From: an uncultured Acidobacteriaceae bacterium
GTDB lineage: Bacteria > Acidobacteriota > Terriglobia > Terriglobales > Acidobacteriaceae
DNA: 64,000 nucleotides
NCBI GenBank assembly: GCA_963749275.1
Contig: CAVVNA010000017.1
Location: 5,098 to 69,097, forward strand
Reading direction: 5' to 3'
In this document: in pieces, positions 15,770 through 24,832 of the stretch
Layout of the letters: every line of letters starts with the position of its first letter
How positions within the stretch are numbered: the stretch's first letter is position 1
Made by a program: the position numbers and the translations under genes
The notes under the pieces: model-generated
What the model was told of the DNA's origin: nothing
The model's input: only the letters and a program-made list of their open reading frames with translations
The model's database searches: none

Positions 15770-17176
15770 ATGAACACCGAAGCCGAAACATCCGGTCAGC
15801 AGCCGAGTCTCGTCCGAGGGCTTAGTTTGTTGGACTCCGTACTGCTGCTGATAAGCGGCATCATCGGCTCTTCTATTTTTCTTACCGCCAAAGATATTGC
15901 CGGGCCTTTGCCGAATCCGACATTGTTTTTTCTGGTGTGGGTGCTCGGTGGAGTGATTTCATTGTGCGCCTGCGTCGCATTCGCCGAACTCGGCTCCATG
16001 TATCCCGACTCCGGCGGACAATACATTTACCTCCGCGAAGCCTACGGCGACTTGGTGGCGTTTCTGTACGGCTGGATGTTGTTCGCGGTCGCAAACGGGG
16101 GCACCATCGCCGCACTCTCCGTCGCGTCGGCAGCTTACATGGGCAACATCATTCCGGCCATTTCGCAGCAACATGCAATGTTCTCGCTGGCAGGCATTCC
16201 CTTCACACGCGCGCATGCGGTCGGGCTGGTACTGATCGCCATCCTCACTTATGTCAATGTTGTCGGATTGCGCTGGGGCGCACTCCTCCAGAATGTTTCC
16301 ACCTGGACCAAGTTCGCCGCCATGGCAGCCTTCGTTGTCCTGGGATTTGCTATCGGTAAGGGGCATTGGTCGAACTTCAGTGCGCAGGCGCCGGGCGGGC
16401 TAAGCGTGGGGCTAAGTCCAGGACAGTTGATCTCCGCTCTCGGTGTCGGTTTGATCGCCGTGTTCTGGGCCTACGACGGATGGGTCTACGTCACCTGGGT
16501 CGCTGGCGAAGTCAAAGACCCTCGGCGCAATGTGCCGCTGGCCATGGTTTTAGGCGTGCTTGCGGTGGGCGTGATTTATCTCGCCATGAATATGACTTAC
16601 GTTTACGCTATGCCGCTGAGTGAGGTCGCAAAGTACGAAACCATTGCCCACGCCGCCGCAACAAAACTCTTTTCGCCGGCGGCCGCGGTCTGGCTCTCGG
16701 CCATGATCGCGATTTCGTGTTTTAGCGCGGCGGCGGCCTGCACCCTGTCGGGCGCGCGCGTCTATCTCGCCATGGCACAGGACGGCGTTTTCTTCCGCCG
16801 CATGGCCGTCGTCCATCCTAAGTGGCGCACGCCCGCCTTCAGCCTCATCGGCCAAGGCATTTGGGCCGCGGTGCTCACCGTAAGCGGACGCTACGACCAG
16901 CTTTACACCTACGTCATCTTTGGCATGGTGCTGTCCTACACCCTGACCGTCATCGGCCTTTTTATCTTGCGCTGGAAACGACCCGACGTTCCCCGCCCCT
17001 ATCGCTGCACCGGATACCCGTGGCTGCCCGCGATCTACGTTCTGGTCGGCGTCGCCTGGACGCTCAACACCATCATCCAGAGGCCAACTGAAGCGTTCTG
17101 GGGCGCAACCATTGTGCTGATCGGAGTGCCCGGATATTGGTATTGGAAGCGCAAGAGCCGCGCTGAGGCCGTTTAG
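15770..17176 (+). CDS. amino acid permease (APC superfamily)
   Basis: 468 aa, about 12 TM helices; 'GSSIFLTAKDIAG', 'ELGSMYPDSGGQYIYLREAYG', 'WAYDGWVYVTWVAGEVKDPRRNVP' are APC-family hallmarks. Confidence 0.9.
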   Translation: MNTEAETSGQQPSLVRGLSLLDSVLLLISGIIGSSIFLTAKDIAGPLPNPTLFFLVWVLGGVISLCACVAFAELGSMYPDSGGQYIYLREAYGDLVAFLYGWMLFAVANGGTIAALSVASAAYMGNIIPAISQQHAMFSLAGIPFTRAHAVGLVLIAILTYVNVVGLRWGALLQNVSTWTKFAAMAAFVVLGFAIGKGHWSNFSAQAPGGLSVGLSPGQLISALGVGLIAVFWAYDGWVYVTWVAGEVKDPRRNVPLAMVLGVLAVGVIYLAMNMTYVYAMPLSEVAKYETIAHAAATKLFSPAAAVWLSAMIAISCFSAAAACTLSGARVYLAMAQDGVFFRRMAVVHPKWRTPAFSLIGQGIWAAVLTVSGRYDQLYTYVIFGMVLSYTLTVIGLFILRWKRPDVPRPYRCTGYPWLPAIYVLVGVAWTLNTIIQRPTEAFWGATIVLIGVPGYWYWKRKSRAEAV

Positions 17177-17198
17177 GTCGGGACATCATCCGGACATC

Positions 17199-17471
17199 GT
17201 GGTTGTGTTGACGACAGAACTCAGGCAGAATATTGTTCAACACACAGAGTTCGTTCCCATGGCAACCGTCTCAGTTGGTCACGCCGCGAAGGGCGTTGAT
17301 AGAAGTGAAGGGCTCATCAGCTATGAGGAGGCTATGGACAAACTGTCTCGCGAGGACCGGTTTCGAGCTACCGTTTATGCCATGAACACCCTTCTCGTGC
17401 AGAAGGGGATTTACTCGCCGGAAGAATTTGAATTTCAGTTTCGTCAATTCGCACAGAAGAATCTGGAGTAA
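17199..17471 (+). CDS. hypothetical small protein
   Basis: 90-aa ORF (likely true start ATG 17259, 'MATVSVGH..'); 'EDRFRATVYAMNTLLVQKGIYSPEEFEFQF' loosely resembles nitrile-hydratase accessory/alpha N-terminal helices. Confidence 0.4.
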   Translation: MVVLTTELRQNIVQHTEFVPMATVSVGHAAKGVDRSEGLISYEEAMDKLSREDRFRATVYAMNTLLVQKGIYSPEEFEFQFRQFAQKNLE

Positions 17472-17478
17472 CAGTCCG

Positions 17479-17646
17479 TCACTTCCCACCAGCTTTTCGT
17501 CCGCCTTTTCTATCCTTCCATTTTGGCATGCGACACTTCGGAGATGAGCATCGCTCATGCGCGCCAATGTCGCAGTTGGCACATTCACATTCACACCAAT
17601 GCTCGGCGGTAGATGTGCGTTCTTGCTTTTTCGTTTCCTTCGCCAT
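17479..17646 (-). CDS. 55-aa Cys-rich, lysine-rich micro-protein (putative metal-binding)
   Basis: ATG 7 nt downstream of GGGAGGTGA SD; 'MAKETKKQERTSTAEHWCECECANCDIGAHERCSSPKCRMPKWKDRKGGRKAGGK'; it is the 3' end of a long shadow ORF (17479..18462), so the track hides it. Confidence 0.5.
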   Translation of the reverse strand: MAKETKKQERTSTAEHWCECECANCDIGAHERCSSPKCRMPKWKDRKGGRKAGGK

Positions 17647-17770
17647 CCCGTCACCTCCCGTTTCTGGCTTCTGTGTGCGCTCGTCTCTCGGGGACCCATG
17701 TGCATCGGCTCCGCCGCGAATGCCGCGAGAGAGATTCTCAAAAAACGGTAAACATAGATATGATCGGGTA

Positions 17771-18061
17771 ATGAAACCGTGGCCCATGTTTTCCCAAATC
17801 AAGGCAGCTCCTGATAACGAGGACATAGAGGGTCTCATGGCATTCGGGTGCCCGGCTGATGAATATAATGGCGAGGCTTCTCTCATCGAAGGTCGAATTG
17901 CAAAGTTGACGCGATCCGAACACGAACCGCTGGGTGAAGCCGAGGTCGAAAGAATAGTCGCTGAGGTCTGGAACGAAGAGTTTGGTCCCTTCAGCGATGA
18001 GGACCTGCAAGAGCGACGTTCTGCCTTTACGTCTGTCGCCCGAAAAATCATTGGCTCATAA
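17771..18061 (+). CDS. hypothetical acidic protein (96 aa), translationally coupled to purU
   Basis: Internal ATG of ORF 17528..18061, 'MKPWPMFSQIKAAPDNEDIEGLMAFGCPADEYNGEA..'; its stop overlaps the purU start (TAATG). Confidence 0.5.
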   Translation: MKPWPMFSQIKAAPDNEDIEGLMAFGCPADEYNGEASLIEGRIAKLTRSEHEPLGEAEVERIVAEVWNEEFGPFSDEDLQERRSAFTSVARKIIGS

Positions 18062-18918
18062 TGCACACTTCCGCTATCCTTCTCATCTCCTGCCCCGACC
18101 GCAAAGGGATTGTGGCCACGGTGGCCGACTTCGTCTATCGCCACAACGGCAACATCCTTTGTGCCGATGAGCACGGGGACGAGGAATCGAATCTCTTCCT
18201 TTTGCGGGTCGAGTTCGACCCGGCGGATTTCGATTTTGACCTGGCCCAGTTTTCCGAGCGCTTTGCTCCCATCGCCCGCGACTTCCAGATGGACTGGCGG
18301 CTCGCCCACTCCACCGACCGCGCCCGCATCGCTATCTTCGTCTCGAAACATGACCACTGCCTGCAGGATCTGCTCTACCGCCACCAGAGCGGCGAACTGC
18401 CCTGCGACATCCCGCTGATCATTTCCAACCATCCCGATAACCAGCGCATCGCCGACTTTCACCGGGTCCCCTACTTCTTCCTACCGGTCACGAAAGAAAA
18501 CAGGCGGGAAGCGGAACAGAAACAAATCGCGCTCGTCCGCGAACACAAATGCAGTCTCGTCGTCCTGGCGCGCTACATGCAGGTGCTGTCGAACGAGTTC
18601 ATCGCGACCTTGGGCTCCGAGAAGCTCATCAATATTCACCACTCTTTCCTGCCCGCGTTCGTCGGCGCCAAACCCTACCGCCAGGCCTTCCAGCGCGGCG
18701 TGAAGCTGATCGGAGCCACGGCGCACTACGTTACTCAAGTACTCGATGATGGCCCCATCATCGAACAGGATGTGGTCCGCATCTACCACCGTGACACCGT
18801 CAACGACTTGGTCCAGAAGGGCCGCGATCTCGAAAAAGTCGTCCTGTCGCGCGCCGTCCGCTGGCATGCGGAAAACCGCGTCCTGCTGTACGGAAACAAA
18901 ACCGTGGTCTTTCAATAG
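18061..18918 (+). CDS. purU: formyltetrahydrofolate deformylase
   Basis: N-terminal ACT domain 'ILLISCPDRKGIVATVADFVYRHNGNI'; formyltransferase core 'SKHDHCLQDLLYR..GELPCDIPLIISNH', 'LVVLARYMQVLS', 'INIHHSFLPAFVGAKPY', 'GVKLIGATAHYVT..LDDGPIIEQDV'. Confidence 0.95.
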   Translation: MHTSAILLISCPDRKGIVATVADFVYRHNGNILCADEHGDEESNLFLLRVEFDPADFDFDLAQFSERFAPIARDFQMDWRLAHSTDRARIAIFVSKHDHCLQDLLYRHQSGELPCDIPLIISNHPDNQRIADFHRVPYFFLPVTKENRREAEQKQIALVREHKCSLVVLARYMQVLSNEFIATLGSEKLINIHHSFLPAFVGAKPYRQAFQRGVKLIGATAHYVTQVLDDGPIIEQDVVRIYHRDTVNDLVQKGRDLEKVVLSRAVRWHAENRVLLYGNKTVVFQ

Positions 18919-18950
18919 CCCGACCTATCGACCGACTGGGGGCGCTTGAT

Positions 18951-19016
18951 CCCCGTAGAGACGCGGCTTGCCGCGTCTCCTGGCACAGTGAGACGGGGCA
19001 AGCCCCGTCTCTACAG
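18951..19016. repeat. REP-like double hairpin element
   Basis: GAGACGCGG-CTTG-CCGCGTCTC (18958-18979) and GAGACGGGG-CAAG-CCCCGTCTC (18990-19011), nested in an outer GTAGAGAC/GTCTCTAC pairing; just downstream of purU, probably also a terminator. Confidence 0.8.
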
Positions 19017-19132
19017 AAGGGTATTAGGGCAGCCACTTCCGTAACCAGGTAACCAATTGCGCGGCCCTTCCCTTTCGGCTTTACTAAAGGATGGTGCCCA
19101 TTTGAAAGCATTGCCGCGCGATCTCGAAGGAG

Positions 19133-20623
19133 ATGACCTTGGTTGAGGATCCCAAATGGGAACTGGCGCTGCTGGCCACCGTCCAGAGCTTCTATCAGCG
19201 GCTGCTGAGCGACCAGCTTGGCGGGGAGATGCCCGCGCCCGCCGACCTCGCCCCCGACGTCATCAGCCACGCGGCCGACGTGCGCGCCACCCTCGATCAA
19301 ATGCACCTCTGGATCCAGCTTCTCGATATGGCGATCACTCCCGCCATGTTGCGGCTTGGAGTGCAATCCGACCTTGATCCCGAGGTTGCCGAAGCGTTGC
19401 TGCGCTACTTCGCGCGCCACCGCGACGATTCCGCCGCCAATCGCGACAAAACCGATCTGGTCGCAACCTTTCTGTTTCGCCATCCTCGCGTGGCTGGCCA
19501 GTGGGAGCAGCGTGGCTACGGCCTCGATGGATCGATTCCTCTGTCTCCGTTTGAAATTGCGCTGCTGGAAATCCTGTCCGAGTCCGACGTGCCCGTGCTG
19601 TCGGAAGCGGATGTGCAACTGCTGCGCGAATTCAGCCCCTTGCTCGACCAGGCGAATCGCTTCCAGGACTTCAGCGCGCTCATGGACTCCGGCATCATCC
19701 AGCGGGTTCGGGAGTTGAAAGCTGCGCTCGGCGAATCGATTTATCATCCCGGAGTGCTGGCCACGCTCGCGCCTTACAATTCCGCCTTCGGCGACCGTTT
19801 CCATACGCTGTTCGCCAGCGCCGCGGAAGAGATCAAGGATTACGCCCACCGCCTTGAAGAACTCGGCGGCAGCATTCTCAGTACCGTCAACGGCGTCGAA
19901 GTCACTGTGGAGCACGTTGCCGCGCTGAACCAGGAGAACCTGCTGAAAGTCGACTACGGCGCGGCCCTGGAAAAATTCCTCCGCGTCTCCCGGCTGAAAA
20001 AAGAGTTGGAACGCAGGCCGCCAATCCGCCGTGCCCAACCGGACCCCACATCTTCCGCTCACGCAGTGGGAGCGAGCGGCGCGGCTGCTGCTGCTCCGGC
20101 GATCGCTTTCAAGTATGTTCCCGCCGCTATTACACCGCAGGCGCTCTCGGTCGAAGAAGCCAAGTTGCGGAGGGTGGAAGAATCGATCCGCATCTTCGTG
20201 CGCGTCGCCGATCCCAAGTTCCGCCAGATCGTGCCCATGCGCTATTTCAACCTGATGCTCAGTCCCGCCGAGATTGAGGCCTACACCGCCGACTATCTCG
20301 AACAAGCAGGACCGCGGGCGGACGCTGCGCGAATGCTGCTCCGCGTAGTCGCCGTAACGGCGCGCATGACCACCGAACTGGAGGAACTCAAGCGCTCGCG
20401 GAATTCCCGCTCCGTCTGGAAGCTGCACGCCGATTCTCTGGTAGTCCTCGTCAACCTCGCCCAGCGCCTCGCTGACGCCGTAGACCGGCTCGCCTTGATC
20501 GTCGGTCAGCAGCCCATCGGTCAGGATTTGGAGACGCAGGCAAACCGTGACACTCTCCACAGCTCACTCGAAAAGCTGCGCCAGCGCACCGCCGAGGCCG
20601 CACAGCTCCTCGCCGAGGCGTAA
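19133..20623 (+). CDS. conserved hypothetical protein (all-alpha, 496 aa)
   Basis: Plus-strand ORF has balanced composition; the overlapping minus-strand 586-aa ORF is Arg/Gly-rich shadow; no domain recognised. Confidence 0.65.
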   Translation: MTLVEDPKWELALLATVQSFYQRLLSDQLGGEMPAPADLAPDVISHAADVRATLDQMHLWIQLLDMAITPAMLRLGVQSDLDPEVAEALLRYFARHRDDSAANRDKTDLVATFLFRHPRVAGQWEQRGYGLDGSIPLSPFEIALLEILSESDVPVLSEADVQLLREFSPLLDQANRFQDFSALMDSGIIQRVRELKAALGESIYHPGVLATLAPYNSAFGDRFHTLFASAAEEIKDYAHRLEELGGSILSTVNGVEVTVEHVAALNQENLLKVDYGAALEKFLRVSRLKKELERRPPIRRAQPDPTSSAHAVGASGAAAAAPAIAFKYVPAAITPQALSVEEAKLRRVEESIRIFVRVADPKFRQIVPMRYFNLMLSPAEIEAYTADYLEQAGPRADAARMLLRVVAVTARMTTELEELKRSRNSRSVWKLHADSLVVLVNLAQRLADAVDRLALIVGQQPIGQDLETQANRDTLHSSLEKLRQRTAEAAQLLAEA

Positions 20624-20785
20624 CCACCGAGCAAAAAAGGGACAGGCTGTTCATCCGTCCCATCATTCCCGAACCCAGTTCAAAGCAGCCGCCGCTAGCG
20701 CCTGGCAACCTCCAGGCTCCCGATAACGTCGGACTTCGGGCCGGACTTCGAGCGTCGGTTAGTTGACAGTCAGCATTGCCAGCGG

Positions 20786-21847
20786 TTACTTGGGGGCCGT
20801 GGAATCGCTGTCTTGCCTGGGGGAATTGGGCTGGGTGGAATCGGGCTTGGCTGGTTGAGATTTCGCTCGGTCGGGCTGGGTGGAATCGGGCTTCATGCGG
20901 AAGATGATTTTGCCTTTTTCGTAGACGACTAATTCGTCCGCAGCGGGAGCGGGAGCGGCGGTGGATTTTGCGGGCGCTGCGGGCTTCTTTGTCCTGGTGG
21001 ATTTGGCCGCGTCAGCTGATTTTGTCGCGTCGGTGGATTTTATTGAGTCGGCTGATTCTGTTGGCTCAGCCGGGATGGGCTGAGAGATCGGGGCAGGAGG
21101 TGCGGCCGGGCGGAGCCATCCAATACGGGAACCGATTAGGAAGCTGACGGTGATGAAGGCGAGAATCGCCAGAGCCCCAAGGACGAGGGTCCAGGTTTCG
21201 TAAGAAGGGCGGCGAGCGGGCAGAGGGCTGTCTGCATCGAAGCCGGGCAGGATGGACGCGGGCGGAACGAGCTCGGGCCGGACAACTGCGGCGGCGGGTT
21301 CCTGCTGACCAAGTTCGACGGCGGCGTCGCGAATGCGGGCGCACTCCTCGGCGAAACCTTCAAGCAGCTTCTGGTCGGAGTGGGAAAAGGCGCCGGTAGA
21401 GGGAGAGAAGACTTCGAGGATTCCGGTGAGAGCGTTCTTGTCGTTACTGTCGAAGACGGGAACGATGAGGATGGAGCGAATCCCGAGGCGGCGGGAGAGG
21501 GCGGGGTCAACGCGAGGGTCGAACTCGGTATCGACAGAAAGCTGGGGCTGATGGGTTTCGAGACAGGCGCCGGAGAGACCGTCGCGGGTGTTGAGGGTGA
21601 CGCCGAGATCTGGGGCGAGGGGTCCGTTGGCGGCACGACAGACCATTTCATCGCCGCTGGCGAGAGCCAGGGCGGCAGAGTGGGCGTGGATGGCTTCGGC
21701 GGCGCGGACTACGAGCGTGTTGAGGACGAAATCGAGAGCGAGGTCGGGTGGAAAACCGGCGAGGCGGTGCTGCTCAAGCGTAACCGTCGGGTCAGGGGGC
21801 GAATCGTCCGGGCGGAACTCGGACCTCGAGATACGTTGCGGAAGCAT
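20786..21847 (-). CDS. GAF domain protein with a TM helix and Ser/Thr/Lys/Pro-rich repetitive C-terminal tail
   Basis: GAF-like 'AALALASGDEMVCRAANG..GLSGACLETHQPQL..RSILIVPVFDSNDKNALTGILEVFS'; TM 'WTLVLGALAILAFITVSFLIG'; tail with hexapeptide repeats and a duplicated 'KPDSTQP'. Confidence 0.7.
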   Translation of the reverse strand: MLPQRISRSEFRPDDSPPDPTVTLEQHRLAGFPPDLALDFVLNTLVVRAAEAIHAHSAALALASGDEMVCRAANGPLAPDLGVTLNTRDGLSGACLETHQPQLSVDTEFDPRVDPALSRRLGIRSILIVPVFDSNDKNALTGILEVFSPSTGAFSHSDQKLLEGFAEECARIRDAAVELGQQEPAAAVVRPELVPPASILPGFDADSPLPARRPSYETWTLVLGALAILAFITVSFLIGSRIGWLRPAAPPAPISQPIPAEPTESADSIKSTDATKSADAAKSTRTKKPAAPAKSTAAPAPAADELVVYEKGKIIFRMKPDSTQPDRAKSQPAKPDSTQPNSPRQDSDSTAPK

Positions 21848-21883
21848 TCTTTTCTTGTCTCAGGCTCTGAGGCGAGTTTCCCG

Positions 21884-24448
21884 CTAAACGGGGGGGAAGT
21901 CAATTGGCGAAGAGATTCGCTGCCTTTGAAATTTGGGGCGCGGAGCTATCCGCACCCTCTTGTCTCGCGCTGGGAGCGGACTCGGCAGAGTTAGATCAGT
22001 TTCGCGGGGTGACATTGGATTCGGGGCGAACGGTGACGCGGGCGTGGTCGCCGGCGTCCACACTGGCGGCGATTGCATGCCGCCGGCGGCCACGGAGTAC
22101 TCGACGAAGGTGACGTTCTTGAAACCGGCGGAACTGGCGGTGACAGCGACCGTGGAGACGGTGTCCGGCAACTGTAGAGTAGTACGTGCCAAGCCATTGG
22201 CGTCCGTGACCACGGAAGACGGATTGGGAACGGCACCATTGTTGGCGGTGAAGTTGATCGTGACACCGGAGACGCCGTTCCGGTAGGCGTCTTGGGCCTG
22301 CGCGACGATAGGGTTGGGAAGGATGGAACCTTCGGTACCGGTCTGCTTCGCTCCGCCGTAGGAAATGATTTTAATGGCGGCGCCGGCAGTAGCGGTAGCA
22401 GTGGTTGTGGTATTACCGAAGCCAGTCCCGGACATCGTCAGGGTGTAGGTGCCAGCTTTTTGCGGAACGGTATAGCCGATGGAAGCGTTGCCGTTGGCGT
22501 CGGTGGTGACGGAACCCGTGCCAGGGCCGGAGGAGGGAGAGAATACGCCGCCTTTGCCGCCATCGCTGAAGTTGACGGTGGCGCCGGCGTCGGGTTGTCC
22601 GTTATATGGATTGGCAATCTGTATCTGGATGGGATTGGGCAGCGCGGTGCCGACGGTAGCAGTCTGCGCGTTGCCTTCGGTAATGGCGACGACGGGAAAG
22701 AGCCCGTAGGCTTCGAGACTAGTCTGGGTAGCGACGAAGAGCTTGCCGCCGGTGACCGTCTGAGTGACAAAATGGCCGACGGGTGGAAACGCGTCGCGCT
22801 TGTTAGGCGCCTGAATCGTGGAATAGAGCAGTTCGAGAGGAGCGTACTGGTTCTGGCAGGTGCCTGCAGGTGCGCTGGCAGTACAAGCGTTAAAGGCGAG
22901 AAGTTCACCGCCGCTGATCGCCCATACAATTCCGTTGGTGTTGCCGTTGGCGGAAATGGATGGGGAGTGACTGCCGCTATATTTCTGGGCAGTCGCAGCC
23001 GGAGGAATACCGAGCTTTCCGCCGGACACCGAATAAGCCAATAGCGGAGAGGCATCGGGTGCGAAGTACACGGTCTCGTTCCAGTAGGCGGCAGAACCGA
23101 ACTGGACGTCGTAGTCACTTTCCGGGTTGGCGCTTTTTTCGAGGAGAGGGAATTCCTGGACGACCTGAGGATCGGTCGGCCCCCCAGCGGAGTACATTCC
23201 CAAGGAGTCGCGATCGAGAACGTAGACCCACCCCTGCTTGCCGCTGGCGACGAGTTCATGGGGAGTGGGACTGTCGTCTTGATCGGGGAGGATGAGAACG
23301 CCGGTGGAACTCAAATCAAGGTCGTTGGTGTTGAGGTAGGCCACGGTCCAAGGGGTGAAATAATCGTAAACCGTGAGATCGGGGTAAAGCTTCACCACGC
23401 TGTTGCAGTAGGTCTGGCCACCGGTTGGGAGATCATAGTGGCCCGCGCCGGCGACTTCGGCGGTCTCAAAGAAGATGTTGCCGGCTTCATCGGCGGCAAG
23501 ACCGGTGCCAGCCTGCCAGATGGAAGTCAATCCCCAGTCGGGCGACGTGTTGAAGACCGCGAGTGGTGCCAGATACTCAGGACTCCCCATTGCAGCGCTT
23601 GCGTTGTAGGAAAGGACCCAGCCGCTGTTGTCGTCGTTGCAGCTGTTCGAGCCGAAGCCCATGTAAAGAACACCGTTGAGCAACAAGAGGCCGGGGCGGT
23701 TTTTCTGGTGAAGGCTGTTGAAAACGGTGACGTGTCCCTTTTTGCTGGTGCTTTGGGCGGTGATTTGAACGGGGCTACCCGGTTGCTCATTGCCGCTGGT
23801 GATGTCGAGGGCGTGGATGTGGTGACGGACGGTGCCGTTCAGAGCAGTCTTGGCCACTAGATACATGGTATTGGTGGTGGGATCGATGACGGGAGTTCCA
23901 ACGATGCCTTCCTCGTCGAAACCGATTCCCAGACCGCAGGGCAAAGTCTTGTCGCTGACAGTGGCGGGAGTGCCACCGACATTGAGCGTGCTGGCGTGCC
24001 AGAGCTCGGCGCCGGTGTCGGCGTCAATGGCGTAGACCGAATCCGCCATGGTGACGATGTAGACGACGTTGTGCGTTCCCTGACCGACAATATTCACGTT
24101 GGGCATGTAGAGGGGCTGGGCCATCACGTCGGCGTTGGGGGACGCCGCCACGCCAGGGTCGACGGGAAAGCTGAAGAGATGGCCGAAGCTATTCTTGTTG
24201 ACGTTGGCGGGGGTGAGCAGAGTTTCGTAGATATTCGCATTGTCGCGTGCGCTATCAAAGCGGCTGGTGGGAAAAGGCTGCTGCGCGAACGAAGGCGACC
24301 GCAAGACAATACAGACGACGAGCAGAGTCAGGCAAATTTTGGGGGCAGGCGACGCACACATCGATTGACGAATGGTCGATTGATGAATGGTTCGGGAAGC
24401 CGCGCTGGAACGGATTTTCGCAACCTGGGGTGAGAAGAAATTGCGCAT
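21884..24448 (-). CDS. secreted PQQ-like beta-propeller protein with C-terminal bacterial Ig-like (Big_1-type) domains
   Basis: Signal peptide 'ICLTLLVVCIVLRSPSFAQQ' (probable start 24358); 'VYIVTMADSVYAIDADTGAELW', 'TMYLVAKT..VRHHIHALDITSG' propeller blades; two 'G.AQTATVGTALPNPIQIQI..TTDANGNASIGYT' Ig-like modules. Confidence 0.7.
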   Translation of the reverse strand: MRNFFSPQVAKIRSSAASRTIHQSTIRQSMCASPAPKICLTLLVVCIVLRSPSFAQQPFPTSRFDSARDNANIYETLLTPANVNKNSFGHLFSFPVDPGVAASPNADVMAQPLYMPNVNIVGQGTHNVVYIVTMADSVYAIDADTGAELWHASTLNVGGTPATVSDKTLPCGLGIGFDEEGIVGTPVIDPTTNTMYLVAKTALNGTVRHHIHALDITSGNEQPGSPVQITAQSTSKKGHVTVFNSLHQKNRPGLLLLNGVLYMGFGSNSCNDDNSGWVLSYNASAAMGSPEYLAPLAVFNTSPDWGLTSIWQAGTGLAADEAGNIFFETAEVAGAGHYDLPTGGQTYCNSVVKLYPDLTVYDYFTPWTVAYLNTNDLDLSSTGVLILPDQDDSPTPHELVASGKQGWVYVLDRDSLGMYSAGGPTDPQVVQEFPLLEKSANPESDYDVQFGSAAYWNETVYFAPDASPLLAYSVSGGKLGIPPAATAQKYSGSHSPSISANGNTNGIVWAISGGELLAFNACTASAPAGTCQNQYAPLELLYSTIQAPNKRDAFPPVGHFVTQTVTGGKLFVATQTSLEAYGLFPVVAITEGNAQTATVGTALPNPIQIQIANPYNGQPDAGATVNFSDGGKGGVFSPSSGPGTGSVTTDANGNASIGYTVPQKAGTYTLTMSGTGFGNTTTTATATAGAAIKIISYGGAKQTGTEGSILPNPIVAQAQDAYRNGVSGVTINFTANNGAVPNPSSVVTDANGLARTTLQLPDTVSTVAVTASSAGFKNVTFVEYSVAAGGMQSPPVWTPATTPASPFAPNPMSPRETDLTLPSPLPARDKRVRIAPRPKFQRQRISSPIDFPPV

Positions 24449-24832
24449 TGCCTTGTTTCCTCCAAATACAACCGCCGGGAGCCGGGGTTTACCCTGGTCA
24501 ATAGCACTTGGAACACAGGGGAAGGGCTTACCGCAAAAGCAAAAACCTAACGGAAACTGTAAAAAGTATGGAGCCTTTTATACAGGTAAAGGCGCTTGAA
24601 TCACAATCCCAATATTTAGGGGCAGGTGCAAAGTCTTGCACCTGACGGTTCCACGCCCGAGTCTACTCTCATTCTCAGCAGCGCCGTTGTCCCGTTACGG
24701 TTAAGGTCGCGGTCGCACCTTGCAACGTTGTAGACGCGCATCGCGTGCGAAACTCTTTGCACCATTCCATACAACTTTTCGGGAGTTTCCGGGTTCAATA
24801 GTATGTAGGAGTGTGATTGTCAGGAGGAGATC

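Noticed and set aside
17199-17646. RiPP locus hypothesis: a nitrile-hydratase-like leader protein plus a Cys-rich core peptide
   Set aside because: The two ORFs are convergent separate genes and there is no Gly-Gly cleavage motif. No cyclodehydratase, radical-SAM enzyme or peptidase-transporter gene lies nearby.
17647-18462. Upstream 270 codons of the 327-aa minus-strand ORF antisense to purU
   Set aside because: It is antisense to the unambiguous purU and to the coupled upstream gene. Only the last 55 codons, which have their own SD and ATG, look real.
18800-20560. 586-aa minus-strand ORF, the longest ORF in this region
   Set aside because: It is Arg/Gly/Ala-rich and lies antisense to a compositionally normal 496-aa plus-strand ORF. 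This is a typical GC-rich shadow frame with no motifs.
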